Source: an uncultured virus (IMG/VR IMGVR_UViG_3300049629_000752) (Duplodnaviria; Heunggongvirae; Uroviricota; Caudoviricetes). From it: a stretch of 64,000 nucleotides of DNA. Positions within the stretch are counted from its first letter, which is position 1; every line of letters starts with the position of its first letter. A program made the position numbers and the translations under genes. The stretch lies in the IMG/VR virus record IMGVR_UViG_3300049629_000752; one strand, written 5' to 3'. The notes below the pieces were generated by a model. That model searched no databases, was not told the origin of the DNA, and saw only the letters and a program-made list of their open reading frames with translations. Shown here piece by piece: positions 1-8,840 of this stretch.

Positions 1-2
1 CA

Positions 3-1280
3 TGGAATGTTTACGAACTTGCAAATTATTATGATACATCATTTGCAAATCATGCTGCTATCGATGCTAAAGTAGAAAATATTGTTGGACTTGGATATGA
101 TTTTGAAGTTGCTCCAAGCACAATGCTTAGACTAGAATCAAATAAAGATAAAGATCAAGTTTCAAGAGCAAGAAATAGAATTGAACGTGCAAAGATTGAA
201 ATGCATGAATGGTTAGAATCATTAAACGATGATGATTCTTTTACTACAACAATGATGAAAGTTTATACTGATGTTCAGGCAGTAGGAAATGGTTATCTTG
301 AAGTAGGAAGAACCACTCGTGGTGAAATTGGTTATATTGGACACATTCCAGCAACAACTATGCGTGTTCGTAGATTGCGTGACGGATATGTTCAGATAAT
401 CGGAAGCAAGGTTGTTTATTTTAGGAACTTTGGAGCAAAAAATGCTAATCCAGTAACTTCTGATCCAAGACCTAATGAAATCATACACTTTAAACAGTAC
501 TCGCCTTTAAATACTTTTTATGGTGTACCAGATATAATGTCGGCAATAAACTCGCTCCATGGAGACCAGTTAGCGTCACAATATAACATCGACTACTTTA
601 GCAATAAGGCTGTCCCTCGTTATGTTGTGACACTAAAGGGTGCACGTCTTTCTGCAGATGCTGAAGATAAGATGTTTAGGTTTTTGCAGACAAGCCTAAA
701 GGGTCAGTCACATAGAACTCTATACATTCCACTGCCTGGAGACACAGATACCAATAAGGTTGAGTTTAACATGGAGCCAATTGAGAATGGCGTTCAAGAA
801 GGATCTTTTGAAAAATATAGAAAGCAAAATCGTGATGATATTTTAATTGCACACCAAGTTCCTCTTTCTAAAATTGGCGGAGGAGACTCAGGCGCAATTG
901 CAGCAGCATTAGCACAAGACAGAACATTTAAGGAACAAGTAGCAAGACCAGCCCAGAGAGAATTAGAAAAAGTTATTAATAAAATTGTTAAAGAAAAGAC
1001 AGATGTTCTTGTTTTAAAGTTCAAAGAATTAACATTGACAGATGAAATAGCCCAATCTCAAATTTTGGAAAGATATGTTAAAACCCAGGTCATGCTACCA
1101 AATGAAGCAAGATCTGTTTTAGGTCTTCCACAAAGAGAGGGGGGAGACGAGCCATTCCAGCCTAAGCCAATGGATAATGCAGAAAGAGCAAGGGACGGAG
1201 AAAGAGTAAATAATCAATCAGATGGTCCAGCCACAATAAGTGGAAGGAATCCAAAAGGTGAGGGTAGATCAAGTCAGTAA
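3..1280 (+). CDS. Phage portal protein (PBSX/HK97-like), 5'-truncated by window edge
   Basis: Frame is open from base 3 (WNVYELANYYDTSFANHAAIDAKVENIVGLG...) into the 123..1280 ORF; portal-like motifs GNGYLEV, EIIHFK, FYGVP, NEARSVLGLP; first gene of head module. Confidence 0.9.
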   Translation, partial: WNVYELANYYDTSFANHAAIDAKVENIVGLGYDFEVAPSTMLRLESNKDKDQVSRARNRIERAKIEMHEWLESLNDDDSFTTTMMKVYTDVQAVGNGYLEVGRTTRGEIGYIGHIPATTMRVRRLRDGYVQIIGSKVVYFRNFGAKNANPVTSDPRPNEIIHFKQYSPLNTFYGVPDIMSAINSLHGDQLASQYNIDYFSNKAVPRYVVTLKGARLSADAEDKMFRFLQTSLKGQSHRTLYIPLPGDTDTNKVEFNMEPIENGVQEGSFEKYRKQNRDDILIAHQVPLSKIGGGDSGAIAAALAQDRTFKEQVARPAQRELEKVINKIVKEKTDVLVLKFKELTLTDEIAQSQILERYVKTQVMLPNEARSVLGLPQREGGDEPFQPKPMDNAERARDGERVNNQSDGPATISGRNPKGEGRSSQ

Positions 1281-1322
1281 TTATCCACAAGTTATTCACA
1301 TCTTATTAACATTTGTGTAAAA
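1281..1322. promoter_or_regulatory. Cluster of four DnaA-box-like 9-mers at 11-bp spacing
   Basis: TTATCCACA 1281-1289, TTATTCACA 1292-1300, TTATTAACA 1303-1311 (1 mismatch), TGTGTAAAA 1314-1322 (reverse complement TTTTACACA); consensus TTWTNCACA. Confidence 0.7.
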
Positions 1323-1345
1323 AAGGCTCTATAATATATACTAGT

Positions 1346-2677
1346 ATGACTATATCAAAAGCCCATTGGGACACCTCTGGCGACTCAGTAAGACTTTCCC
1401 TTCCATTTGCGAAGGTTGATAAGGAGAGACGTATCGTCTCAGGTTTTGCATCTCTTGATAACATTGACAAGCAGGGCGACATCGTAACAGCAGAAGCATC
1501 AATGAAAGCATTCTCTAAGTTTCGTGGAAATATTCGTGAAATGCATCAGCCACTTGCTGTTGGTAAAATGGTTAACTTTAAAGAAGACAGATATTTTGAT
1601 CCAGAAACTAAAAAGTTTTATTCTGGAGTTTTTGTATCAGCATACGTTTCAAAGGGTGCACAAGATACTTGGGAAAAAGTTTTAGATGGCACACTGACAG
1701 GATTTTCTATTGGTGGTCGTATGAATAAGTGGGATGACGGTTATGATGAGAAGTCAGACTCCACAATTAGAATTATTAAAGATTATGATCTTGTAGAGTT
1801 GTCTCTTGTAGACTCTCCAGCAAATCAGTTTGCAAATATTATGCACGTAGAAAAAGTTGACGGCATTGAAGTTGTTAAAGGACAGGATGTTGCATTAGAA
1901 AATGTTTTTTATGATGAAGAATCTGGATTAGTTATGGTTTCAGAAGAAGAAACTGCAGTAAGCCCTACAACAGGAAATCAAATGAAGAATATAGGTTTCG
2001 TTGAAAAAGAAGACAACGAAAAAATGGATATAGTCAAATTCTTAGTAGATAGTGCTAAAGGCATTGATGCTAAGATTAAGAAGGAGGATAATCCTATGGC
2101 AAAAAAGACAAAGGTTGAAGAAACCGAAGTTGCTAAGTCAGAAGAAATCGCTCCAGAGGCAGATGCAGTAGTTGAAACTCCTGTTGCCGAAGTTACTGAA
2201 AAGTCTGAAGAGGCTACAGTGGCGGAAGAAACTGTTGAGAAGTCTGAAGAGACTCCAGCAGAAGAAGTTGCTAAGGCTGATGAATCAGTCGAAGCACCAG
2301 CAGCAGAAGTCACTACAGAAGTATCTAAATCAGATGAAGCAATTGTTGAATCAGTTGCTGAAATCAAGAATACAATTACATCAGCCTTTAGCGATTTAGT
2401 TGAAACTGTAAAGTCTTTGCAGGCAGAAGTAGAAATGCTTAAGTCTACAAAGGTTGATACAGCAGCAGTAAAGAGTTCACTTGATGCAGTCGCCAAAGAC
2501 ATTGCTGCAACAATTGAACATGTAGATAAGTTTGGTAAGCGTGTTGACGCAGTAGAAGCAGATACCGCTTTCCGAAAGTCTGGCGATCTAGGCGAGATCG
2601 TACAGGAACAACCAGTAATGGTTGAAAAATCCCTATGGGGCGGACGTTTCCTCAAAACAGCCGACTTATTTAATTAA
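1346..2677 (+). CDS. Prohead protease (HK97-type) fused to acidic/coiled-coil scaffold domain
   Basis: RIVSGFAS..DKQGDIV, REMH, GFSIGG, LVELSLVDSPANQFA protease motifs followed by Glu/Ala-rich region; ATG 1346 preferred over TTG 1313 (TATAAT at 1330-1335). Confidence 0.88.
   Translation: MTISKAHWDTSGDSVRLSLPFAKVDKERRIVSGFASLDNIDKQGDIVTAEASMKAFSKFRGNIREMHQPLAVGKMVNFKEDRYFDPETKKFYSGVFVSAYVSKGAQDTWEKVLDGTLTGFSIGGRMNKWDDGYDEKSDSTIRIIKDYDLVELSLVDSPANQFANIMHVEKVDGIEVVKGQDVALENVFYDEESGLVMVSEEETAVSPTTGNQMKNIGFVEKEDNEKMDIVKFLVDSAKGIDAKIKKEDNPMAKKTKVEETEVAKSEEIAPEADAVVETPVAEVTEKSEEATVAEETVEKSEETPAEEVAKADESVEAPAAEVTTEVSKSDEAIVESVAEIKNTITSAFSDLVETVKSLQAEVEMLKSTKVDTAAVKSSLDAVAKDIAATIEHVDKFGKRVDAVEADTAFRKSGDLGEIVQEQPVMVEKSLWGGRFLKTADLFN
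2096..2677 (+). CDS. Putative nested in-frame scaffolding protein
   Basis: Strong SD AAGGAGG at 2081-2087 precedes in-frame ATG 2096 exactly where the acidic/coiled-coil region begins (MAKKTKVEETEVAK...). Confidence 0.65.
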   Translation: MAKKTKVEETEVAKSEEIAPEADAVVETPVAEVTEKSEEATVAEETVEKSEETPAEEVAKADESVEAPAAEVTTEVSKSDEAIVESVAEIKNTITSAFSDLVETVKSLQAEVEMLKSTKVDTAAVKSSLDAVAKDIAATIEHVDKFGKRVDAVEADTAFRKSGDLGEIVQEQPVMVEKSLWGGRFLKTADLFN

Positions 2678-2700
2678 GTAATCACTTAGGAGGTGACAAT

Positions 2701-3840
2701 ATGTCGGAAGAGATTAAGAAAAATCAGCCAGGAGAATCAGGCGAACTCGGTGGAACAACACCAGGTTTATATCAAGGACAGGGTGCATTCGCATCAGGTT
2801 CTGACGCAGGGTCAAACATCCCTGGCAATTACACAGATGGTGGCGCACTAGGAAATATTCCTAACGTCAACCTTGGTGTTACCACTGGTCCTAATGCCGT
2901 AAACCCTTCGGGTGATGCTGCAAGCGGAATCCTACGCCCTGAACAGGCACGTCGTTTTATTGACTACGTTTGGGATGCTACAGTTCTCGCTAAAGATGGT
3001 CGTCGTGTGACGATGAGAGCAAACACCATGGAATTAGAGAAGATCAACGTCGGTGAGCGTGTTATTCGTGCTGCTGCTCAAGCAGTTGGCGATTACAAGA
3101 ACACTGGTGCAACCTTCTCAAAGGTAGAACTTACCACAAAGAAGATCCGTTTGGATTGGGAAGTTTCTGCTGAAGCACTAGAAGACAATGTCGAGGGTGG
3201 TGCATTAGAAGATCATTTAGTTCGCTTGATGACAAATGCATTCGCTAATGACATTGAAGATCTTGCTATCAACGGTGATGGTACAACAGGACCATTCCTA
3301 TCTATTATGCCTGGTTTCATCAAGAAGCACCAGGATAATGGAGACTCGCATGAAGCAGCCGTAACAGTTGCTGACAATGCTTGGACACCTGCAGTAATGC
3401 AGGATATCATTCTCGCTATGCCACGTAAGTACCGTGCACTTAAGAATAACCTTAAGTTCTATGTAGGTACAGATGCATTCGCAGGTATCGTTAAGAATAA
3501 CGGTACATTGTCTGATGCAATCGCAGAGGCACTTGGAAAGAATGGTAACACAAGCGCTAACACTCAGTCTTATTTAGACGGTGCTGGCCAGACATTCGGT
3601 GGAGCACGTACAACTCGTGTTCTAGGTATCGATGTTCAAGAAGTTCCTTACTACCCAGACAATTATATTGATCTGACGTTCCCACAGAACCGTGTATGGG
3701 GCTTCCAGCGTGATATCGTCGTAAACCGTGAATACGTTGCGAAGAAGGACACAATTGAATACACTGTATTCGTCCGCTTCGGTATTCAATGGGAAGAAGA
3801 AGACGCAATTGCGTGGGCAGATGCTGCTGCAGATGCATAA
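2701..3840 (+). CDS. Major capsid protein (HK97 fold)
   Basis: Follows protease/scaffold; SD AGGAGG; GILRPEQARRFID, LEDNVEG, DIEDLAINGD motifs; biased high-expression codon use; followed by hairpin. Confidence 0.92.
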   Translation: MSEEIKKNQPGESGELGGTTPGLYQGQGAFASGSDAGSNIPGNYTDGGALGNIPNVNLGVTTGPNAVNPSGDAASGILRPEQARRFIDYVWDATVLAKDGRRVTMRANTMELEKINVGERVIRAAAQAVGDYKNTGATFSKVELTTKKIRLDWEVSAEALEDNVEGGALEDHLVRLMTNAFANDIEDLAINGDGTTGPFLSIMPGFIKKHQDNGDSHEAAVTVADNAWTPAVMQDIILAMPRKYRALKNNLKFYVGTDAFAGIVKNNGTLSDAIAEALGKNGNTSANTQSYLDGAGQTFGGARTTRVLGIDVQEVPYYPDNYIDLTFPQNRVWGFQRDIVVNREYVAKKDTIEYTVFVRFGIQWEEEDAIAWADAAADA

Positions 3841-3859
3841 TCTGTAATCAGTAACCTTT

Positions 3860-3900
3860 GAGAGGGGGCAGGGGCTAGTTCTCCTCCCCCTCTTATCTTT
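3860..3900 (+). terminator. Probable intrinsic terminator after capsid gene
   Basis: GAGAGGGGGCAGGGG-CTAGTT-CTCCTCCCCCTCTT stem-loop followed by T-rich tract. Confidence 0.7.
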
Positions 3901-3938
3901 AGTATTCTGTTATAATAGTTCATATAGGAGGTTAAATA

Positions 3939-4418
3939 ATGGAAGAAAATAATTTTAATAATGTAAATAACGAAGTATCAGTTGAAAGTGCTCCAGAGGC
4001 TCCTGTTGAATCAGTAGTTACTGAAGAACCTGTAGTTGAAACAAAGGTAGAAGAAGTTGCTGCTGCAAATAATATTGAAGCGTCAGTTTCTGAAGTATCA
4101 GAATCACCTGATGCTATTACCACAAACGACTTAGGAAGATCTGCAAGTGATACAGTACAGGCTGTAGGGTCTATTGTAAATGGTGTAATTGGTGTTGCAG
4201 AAACACCAAGACCAGTTAAGAGTGCAGCACCTGCCTCTAAGAAAAAGTCAAATAAGACCATCGCAGTATTCTCAACAAAAAATGTAAGTTGGGGTGGGGT
4301 TGGCAAAGTTTATCGTGGATACAATATCGTAACACAAGAGCAAGCAGATAAGTGGCTTACTCGTGACCACGTAAGAATTGCTACACCAGAAGAAGTAGCC
4401 AAGGAGTTTGGTCGCTAA
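3939..4418 (+). CDS. Hypothetical head-associated protein with acidic disordered N-terminus
   Basis: SD AGGAGG, TGTTATAAT upstream; position between capsid and neck genes. Confidence 0.6.
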   Translation: MEENNFNNVNNEVSVESAPEAPVESVVTEEPVVETKVEEVAAANNIEASVSEVSESPDAITTNDLGRSASDTVQAVGSIVNGVIGVAETPRPVKSAAPASKKKSNKTIAVFSTKNVSWGGVGKVYRGYNIVTQEQADKWLTRDHVRIATPEEVAKEFGR

Positions 4419-5297
4419 ATGGAAGTTCTGAGAGTTCCGCCATATAATTTAAGCGTTACACTTGATGTTGCTTTAGCAACTACAGAGTATGAATACGCTA
4501 TTACTGATATGGCGGACTCTTCAGAAATAACAGGGGAAGTTACGTCTAATGCATCAAGCAAAGTAATTATTCCATTATCTTCAAAATACGATACTCAGTA
4601 TAAAGTCACGGTAGATGGAGAGGATACGTATGTAGATGTAGTACGTCCATATGTAGATCCTAATACTAAGGGTACAACGGCTAGTGACATAGAAGCATAT
4701 AGACAAAGCGAAGAATTAGCAAGAGCAATAATTGATTCGGTTTGCGATGTAGAATTTTATTATAAGAAAAAAGTTATAGAGACAACTGGTTTGGGATTAG
4801 ATTATATTCCAATATGGGTAGATGCCAAAAAGGTATTAAAGGTATACGAGAATAACGTTCTGGTGTATGACGTAGATGATTTAGAAAACTCTACTTTTGA
4901 GTTTGAAATAACTGGGGATGGATCTGCAATTAGAACTGCATATCCAGATTTAATTAATCGCAATGAATCAAAGCCAATATTTTATCCAGGATCTCCAACA
5001 GATTATTTAGAGTTTATGTTTTCTGAAAGAGGATTTCCACGAGGCTGGGATTATAAGATAGAGTTAGAAGTGGGATATCATAAGGTTCCATCAGACATAG
5101 TTAAGGCAACAGAGTTACTAGTACATGATATTGATTGCGGTAAGTTAGATTATTACAAGAGATATATTGGTGCATATAATACTGATCAATTTAGAATTCA
5201 GTTTGATAAGGCTGTATTTGAAGGCACTGGAAACTTAATAGTAGATAAAATACTTAACAAATATCGTAAACCGATTGAGTTCGTTGGAGTACTATAA
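4419..5297 (+). CDS. Head-tail connector/adaptor protein
   Basis: Synteny; GYHKVPSDIVKAT and ILNKYR C-terminal pattern typical of adaptors. Confidence 0.65.
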   Translation: MEVLRVPPYNLSVTLDVALATTEYEYAITDMADSSEITGEVTSNASSKVIIPLSSKYDTQYKVTVDGEDTYVDVVRPYVDPNTKGTTASDIEAYRQSEELARAIIDSVCDVEFYYKKKVIETTGLGLDYIPIWVDAKKVLKVYENNVLVYDVDDLENSTFEFEITGDGSAIRTAYPDLINRNESKPIFYPGSPTDYLEFMFSERGFPRGWDYKIELEVGYHKVPSDIVKATELLVHDIDCGKLDYYKRYIGAYNTDQFRIQFDKAVFEGTGNLIVDKILNKYRKPIEFVGVL

Positions 5298-5746
5298 TGG
5301 TTATATGCGAAACACCAGACTTCGCATTTCCTATGCAAGCAGATGTTTATCATCCAATTGTTGAGCAAGGTGTATATGGAGAAGTTAAGAAAACTTGGAT
5401 TTTAGACAGAACAATTGCATGTTCTTTTACTACAGCAGGTACAGCATTTAAAGAAGAAGTTCAGCCAAACATTAATATAACTCAAGATAAACTACTTATG
5501 GGTCGTGTTAAAACAGATATCAGAATGTCCAGTCTAGAGGCTCGAAATTCTATAACTAACGTAATTATAACTAACATAAGAGATAAAAATTGTAATGAAA
5601 TATATCTAGAAACATCAGGTCCACGTGCAGGCAAGTCTACAATATTTGAAATAGCGACACAAGATCCATTTGCTGGGCCATTCGGAAATGTTGAATATTA
5701 TAAGTTAGTTATCCGTAGATCTGAAAACCAGGCGGTAGATGTATGA
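5297..5746 (+). CDS. Putative head-closure (stopper) protein
   Basis: Synteny and size; coupled to adaptor (TAATG). Confidence 0.5.
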   Translation: MVICETPDFAFPMQADVYHPIVEQGVYGEVKKTWILDRTIACSFTTAGTAFKEEVQPNINITQDKLLMGRVKTDIRMSSLEARNSITNVIITNIRDKNCNEIYLETSGPRAGKSTIFEIATQDPFAGPFGNVEYYKLVIRRSENQAVDV

Positions 5747-6417
5747 TAGTTAAGTTTAATAATGCGATGTTTAAGAAAGATATGAAAAATATTATTGATT
5801 ATTCTATAGGCTTTTTAGATGGTATTCAGGGCGGTAAAAAAGCATTCCTTAATGTAATAGGTATGGAAACTGTAGAGTTAATGAAAGAGTATATAGACTC
5901 AAATGCTAGAGTAAATCCTAGAATGTTACACCACGTATATGAATGGAATCAGACTGGAAGTCCTGATGCAAGATTATATGATATTCAATATACTACAAGC
6001 AATTTGGGCTTATCTTTTAAGTCAACATTTAAGCAATCAACATCAATTAAAAATGGATCAAGAGTTCCATTTTACGACAAGGCAAGAATAATGGAAGAGG
6101 GGATTCCTGTTGTAATTGCACCTAAAAAAGCACAGGCACTATCCTTTGATATAAATGGAGAACAAATATTTACTAAGCAACCAGTAGAAGTATCAAATCC
6201 TGGAGGAGACGAAGTAGAGGGTTCATTTGAAAAGATATTCGATTCATTTTTTAAAAGATATTTTACTCAGGCATTTTTAATAACAAGCGGTATATCTCAA
6301 TACCTAGAAAACCCAGTAGCATATAAAAAGAATATGACTGCTGGCAAAAAAGGTGGCAAGGTTAAGGGTTATCAAACAGGGTATCGCTGGATAGCAAACG
6401 CAGGAGTTGGATTATGA
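5743..6417 (+). CDS. Putative neck/tail-completion protein
   Basis: Synteny in neck module; ATGA overlaps on both sides. Confidence 0.45.
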   Translation: MIVKFNNAMFKKDMKNIIDYSIGFLDGIQGGKKAFLNVIGMETVELMKEYIDSNARVNPRMLHHVYEWNQTGSPDARLYDIQYTTSNLGLSFKSTFKQSTSIKNGSRVPFYDKARIMEEGIPVVIAPKKAQALSFDINGEQIFTKQPVEVSNPGGDEVEGSFEKIFDSFFKRYFTQAFLITSGISQYLENPVAYKKNMTAGKKGGKVKGYQTGYRWIANAGVGL

Positions 6418-6977
6418 CAGAATCGACATCATTATTAAATACACCAGTGCTATGGATTAATACATATTTACAAGAAAAGATTAGTTTGTTGACTGGCTTC
6501 CAAATGAAGCCATTTTTCCCAACAGGTCCATCAACATTAGAAGCATTACAGAATCAATTTGAAGACGGCACCATGGTTGTGTGGGATCGAATGTTTAGGA
6601 TGCGCCGTGGCCCCTTTCCACACATTAAATGTGAACAGGTTTTGTATTATTTTTATGCTATGGGAGATAATCAAGGTTTAACTCCTGCTGAAAAAATGGT
6701 CCAAATACAAGAGGCAGTGATGAGACTTATGGATAGGGGAGATGAAAGTGCTCAGGAGTTAAATGAGTGGGCTAAAAATAATCCTATAGATTTTAACAGA
6801 AACCCTAACCTTCCTTCAGATCTAGTTTATTGCAAATTCTATTTCCATAACTTCAAGATATATCAGTTAGAAGAGGCACGGGATATAGTAGACTTCGGAA
6901 CAGCCCGAACCTATGCGGGTAATAAGATCATTATTGATTATGATTATCATCAACATAAGGACATTGTAAACCCTTAA
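6414..6977 (+). CDS. Putative tail terminator protein
   Basis: Immediately upstream of major tail protein. Confidence 0.45.
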   Translation: MTESTSLLNTPVLWINTYLQEKISLLTGFQMKPFFPTGPSTLEALQNQFEDGTMVVWDRMFRMRRGPFPHIKCEQVLYYFYAMGDNQGLTPAEKMVQIQEAVMRLMDRGDESAQELNEWAKNNPIDFNRNPNLPSDLVYCKFYFHNFKIYQLEEARDIVDFGTARTYAGNKIIIDYDYHQHKDIVNP

Positions 6978-7056
6978 TAAATTAATAAAAGGCTGTATAC
7001 TTATAGACGAGGAAACACGCCTTTTAATTTCTAGAAAATAAAGAGGTGAAATAAAT

Positions 7057-7686
7057 ATGGCTCTAGGTAATAGTAATAATATTATCGTCGGTGCAGCGCA
7101 ACTCTGGGTTGCTGATGCTCCTTTGGCAGTAGGTGGAAACCCAACTCCTGTCTCAGGTGAAAAGTATTCAGTAACTATGGATGGCGAGACACCAGACTTC
7201 CGTAATATCGGTTACACCATGAATGGTTTGGAACTACAGTTCCAACCAGATTTCGGTGAAGTTCAAGTTGACCAGGTTCTTGACGTTGCTAAGTTGTTTA
7301 AGCAAGGCATGCAGGTAAACCTAAATACTACTTTTGCTGAATCCACATTGGAAAACCTTCTTGTTGCAGTTGCAGGATCAGACTCTGATCTTACAGGTGA
7401 CAAGGACACTTCCAATGGCCAGACATTCAACATCAAATCAGGTAATCTCGGCGAATGCCCAGTAGAGCGTGGTTTGGTTGCTGTCGGACCAGGAACTGGT
7501 GACTGTGATGAGGGATCTAACAAGGAGAGAATTTATGTTGCATACCGTGCACTTTCAATTGAAAATGTAACAGTATCAGCAAAGCGTGATGAGGCTACAA
7601 TGTTCGAAGTTTCATTCCGTCTTCTTCCAGATGACACATCAGGTTCATACGGTAAGATCATTGATCGTACTGTAACACCAGTATAA
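7057..7686 (+). CDS. Major tail (tube) protein
   Basis: NIIVGAA..., IGYTMNGLEL.F.P, VDQVLD, FAESTLENL, FEVSFRLL pattern of siphovirus tail tubes; high-expression codons; followed by terminator. Confidence 0.85.
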   Translation: MALGNSNNIIVGAAQLWVADAPLAVGGNPTPVSGEKYSVTMDGETPDFRNIGYTMNGLELQFQPDFGEVQVDQVLDVAKLFKQGMQVNLNTTFAESTLENLLVAVAGSDSDLTGDKDTSNGQTFNIKSGNLGECPVERGLVAVGPGTGDCDEGSNKERIYVAYRALSIENVTVSAKRDEATMFEVSFRLLPDDTSGSYGKIIDRTVTPV

Positions 7687-7697
7687 TACAATTTAAT

Positions 7698-7738
7698 AAA
7701 GCAGATAGCCCAGTCGTAATGGCTGGGCTTTTCTGTTT
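7698..7738 (+). terminator. Probable intrinsic terminator after major tail gene
   Basis: AAAGCAGATAGCCCAGTC-GTAAT-GGCTGGGCTTTTCTGTTT inverted repeat with T tract. Confidence 0.75.
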
Positions 7739-7752
7739 GATATAATAAATAG

Positions 7753-8436
7753 ATGGCCACAGAAATATATGAAAGTGATTATATAAATCTTATTGATGGA
7801 ACACAAATATATATCACTCCTTTAAAAATAAAATATCTTAGACAATTCATGAAACAATTTGAAAATGTTGGTAAGGCTAAGGGAGATGACCAAGCAATAG
7901 GAGAGTTGGCTAAATGTGCTCTTATAACAATGCAACAGTATTATCCAAGCATAAAAACAATAGAAGAACTTGAGGATAGCATAGACCTGTCAACAATATA
8001 TAAAATATTGGATATCGCTGCAGGAATTAAAATAGATAAAGATTCAAAAGAAAAGGTGAAAGATCAGGCCGTAGACAGCGGATCCCCTTGGGAAAAACTA
8101 GACTTAGTAAAGTTAGAATCAGAGGTATTTCTTTTGGGTATATGGAAAGATTACGAAGAACTAGAAACATCTATGTCAATGCCAGAATTGACAGCCACAT
8201 TAAATATTAAAAGAGAATTAGATTATTCAGACAAAAAGTTTTATGCAGCAATTCAAGGGGTAGATTTAGATAAAAATACAAATAAGTCTAATGCATGGGA
8301 AGATATGAAGGCTAGAGTATTCAGTCGTGGCAAGGCTACAGATTCTAATGACATAATATCACTTCAAGGAATCAATGCTCAAAAGGCTGGGTTTGGCATT
8401 GGCATGGGCCTAGATTATGAAGAAATTAACGACTAA
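7753..8436 (+). CDS. Tail assembly chaperone, long (GT-like) form
   Basis: Between tail tube and tape measure; N-terminal ~95 aa paralogous to the 8488..8814 protein, plus extra C-terminal domain. Confidence 0.7.
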   Translation: MATEIYESDYINLIDGTQIYITPLKIKYLRQFMKQFENVGKAKGDDQAIGELAKCALITMQQYYPSIKTIEELEDSIDLSTIYKILDIAAGIKIDKDSKEKVKDQAVDSGSPWEKLDLVKLESEVFLLGIWKDYEELETSMSMPELTATLNIKRELDYSDKKFYAAIQGVDLDKNTNKSNAWEDMKARVFSRGKATDSNDIISLQGINAQKAGFGIGMGLDYEEIND

Positions 8437-8487
8437 AAATAAAGGTGCGTTATGGTATAATTAATTCAACCTTATAAGGAGGAATTA

Positions 8488-8814
8488 ATGGCTACAACTG
8501 TGCATGAGACAAAAGAAATAGCACTCATTGACGGCACAAAAATAAAAGTAAGACCACTTAAGATATCTTTACTTCGTCCATTTATGAAGAAGTTTGAAGG
8601 TATTGCAGCAGTCGCTGATGATAATGAAAAATCAATGACTCTACTTATGGAATGTGTAGCAATTGCTATGCAGCAATATAAGCCAGAGTTAGCGGAAGAT
8701 TTAACTGCTCTTGAAGAGAACCTTGATCTTCCAACAGTTTACAAGATCGTAGAAGAGGCTTCTGGAATCAAATTAACAGATGCTTCGTTAATAAGCGGTC
8801 TTGGAAACGTATAA
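8488..8814 (+). CDS. Tail assembly chaperone, short (G-like) form
   Basis: Directly before tape measure; SD AAGGAGG; LIDGT.I...PLKI..LR.FMK.FE motif shared with the upstream gene. Confidence 0.75.
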   Translation: MATTVHETKEIALIDGTKIKVRPLKISLLRPFMKKFEGIAAVADDNEKSMTLLMECVAIAMQQYKPELAEDLTALEENLDLPTVYKIVEEASGIKLTDASLISGLGNV

Positions 8815-8840
8815 ACTTAATAATATAGAGGTGTTATGGA

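Noticed and set aside
1978..2655. 225-aa minus-strand ORF, and similar antisense ORFs across the window (e.g. 11912..12427, 42907..43362, 43672..44031)
   Set aside because: Antisense shadows of codon-biased plus-strand genes; no SD or recognisable motifs, and all credible genes are on +
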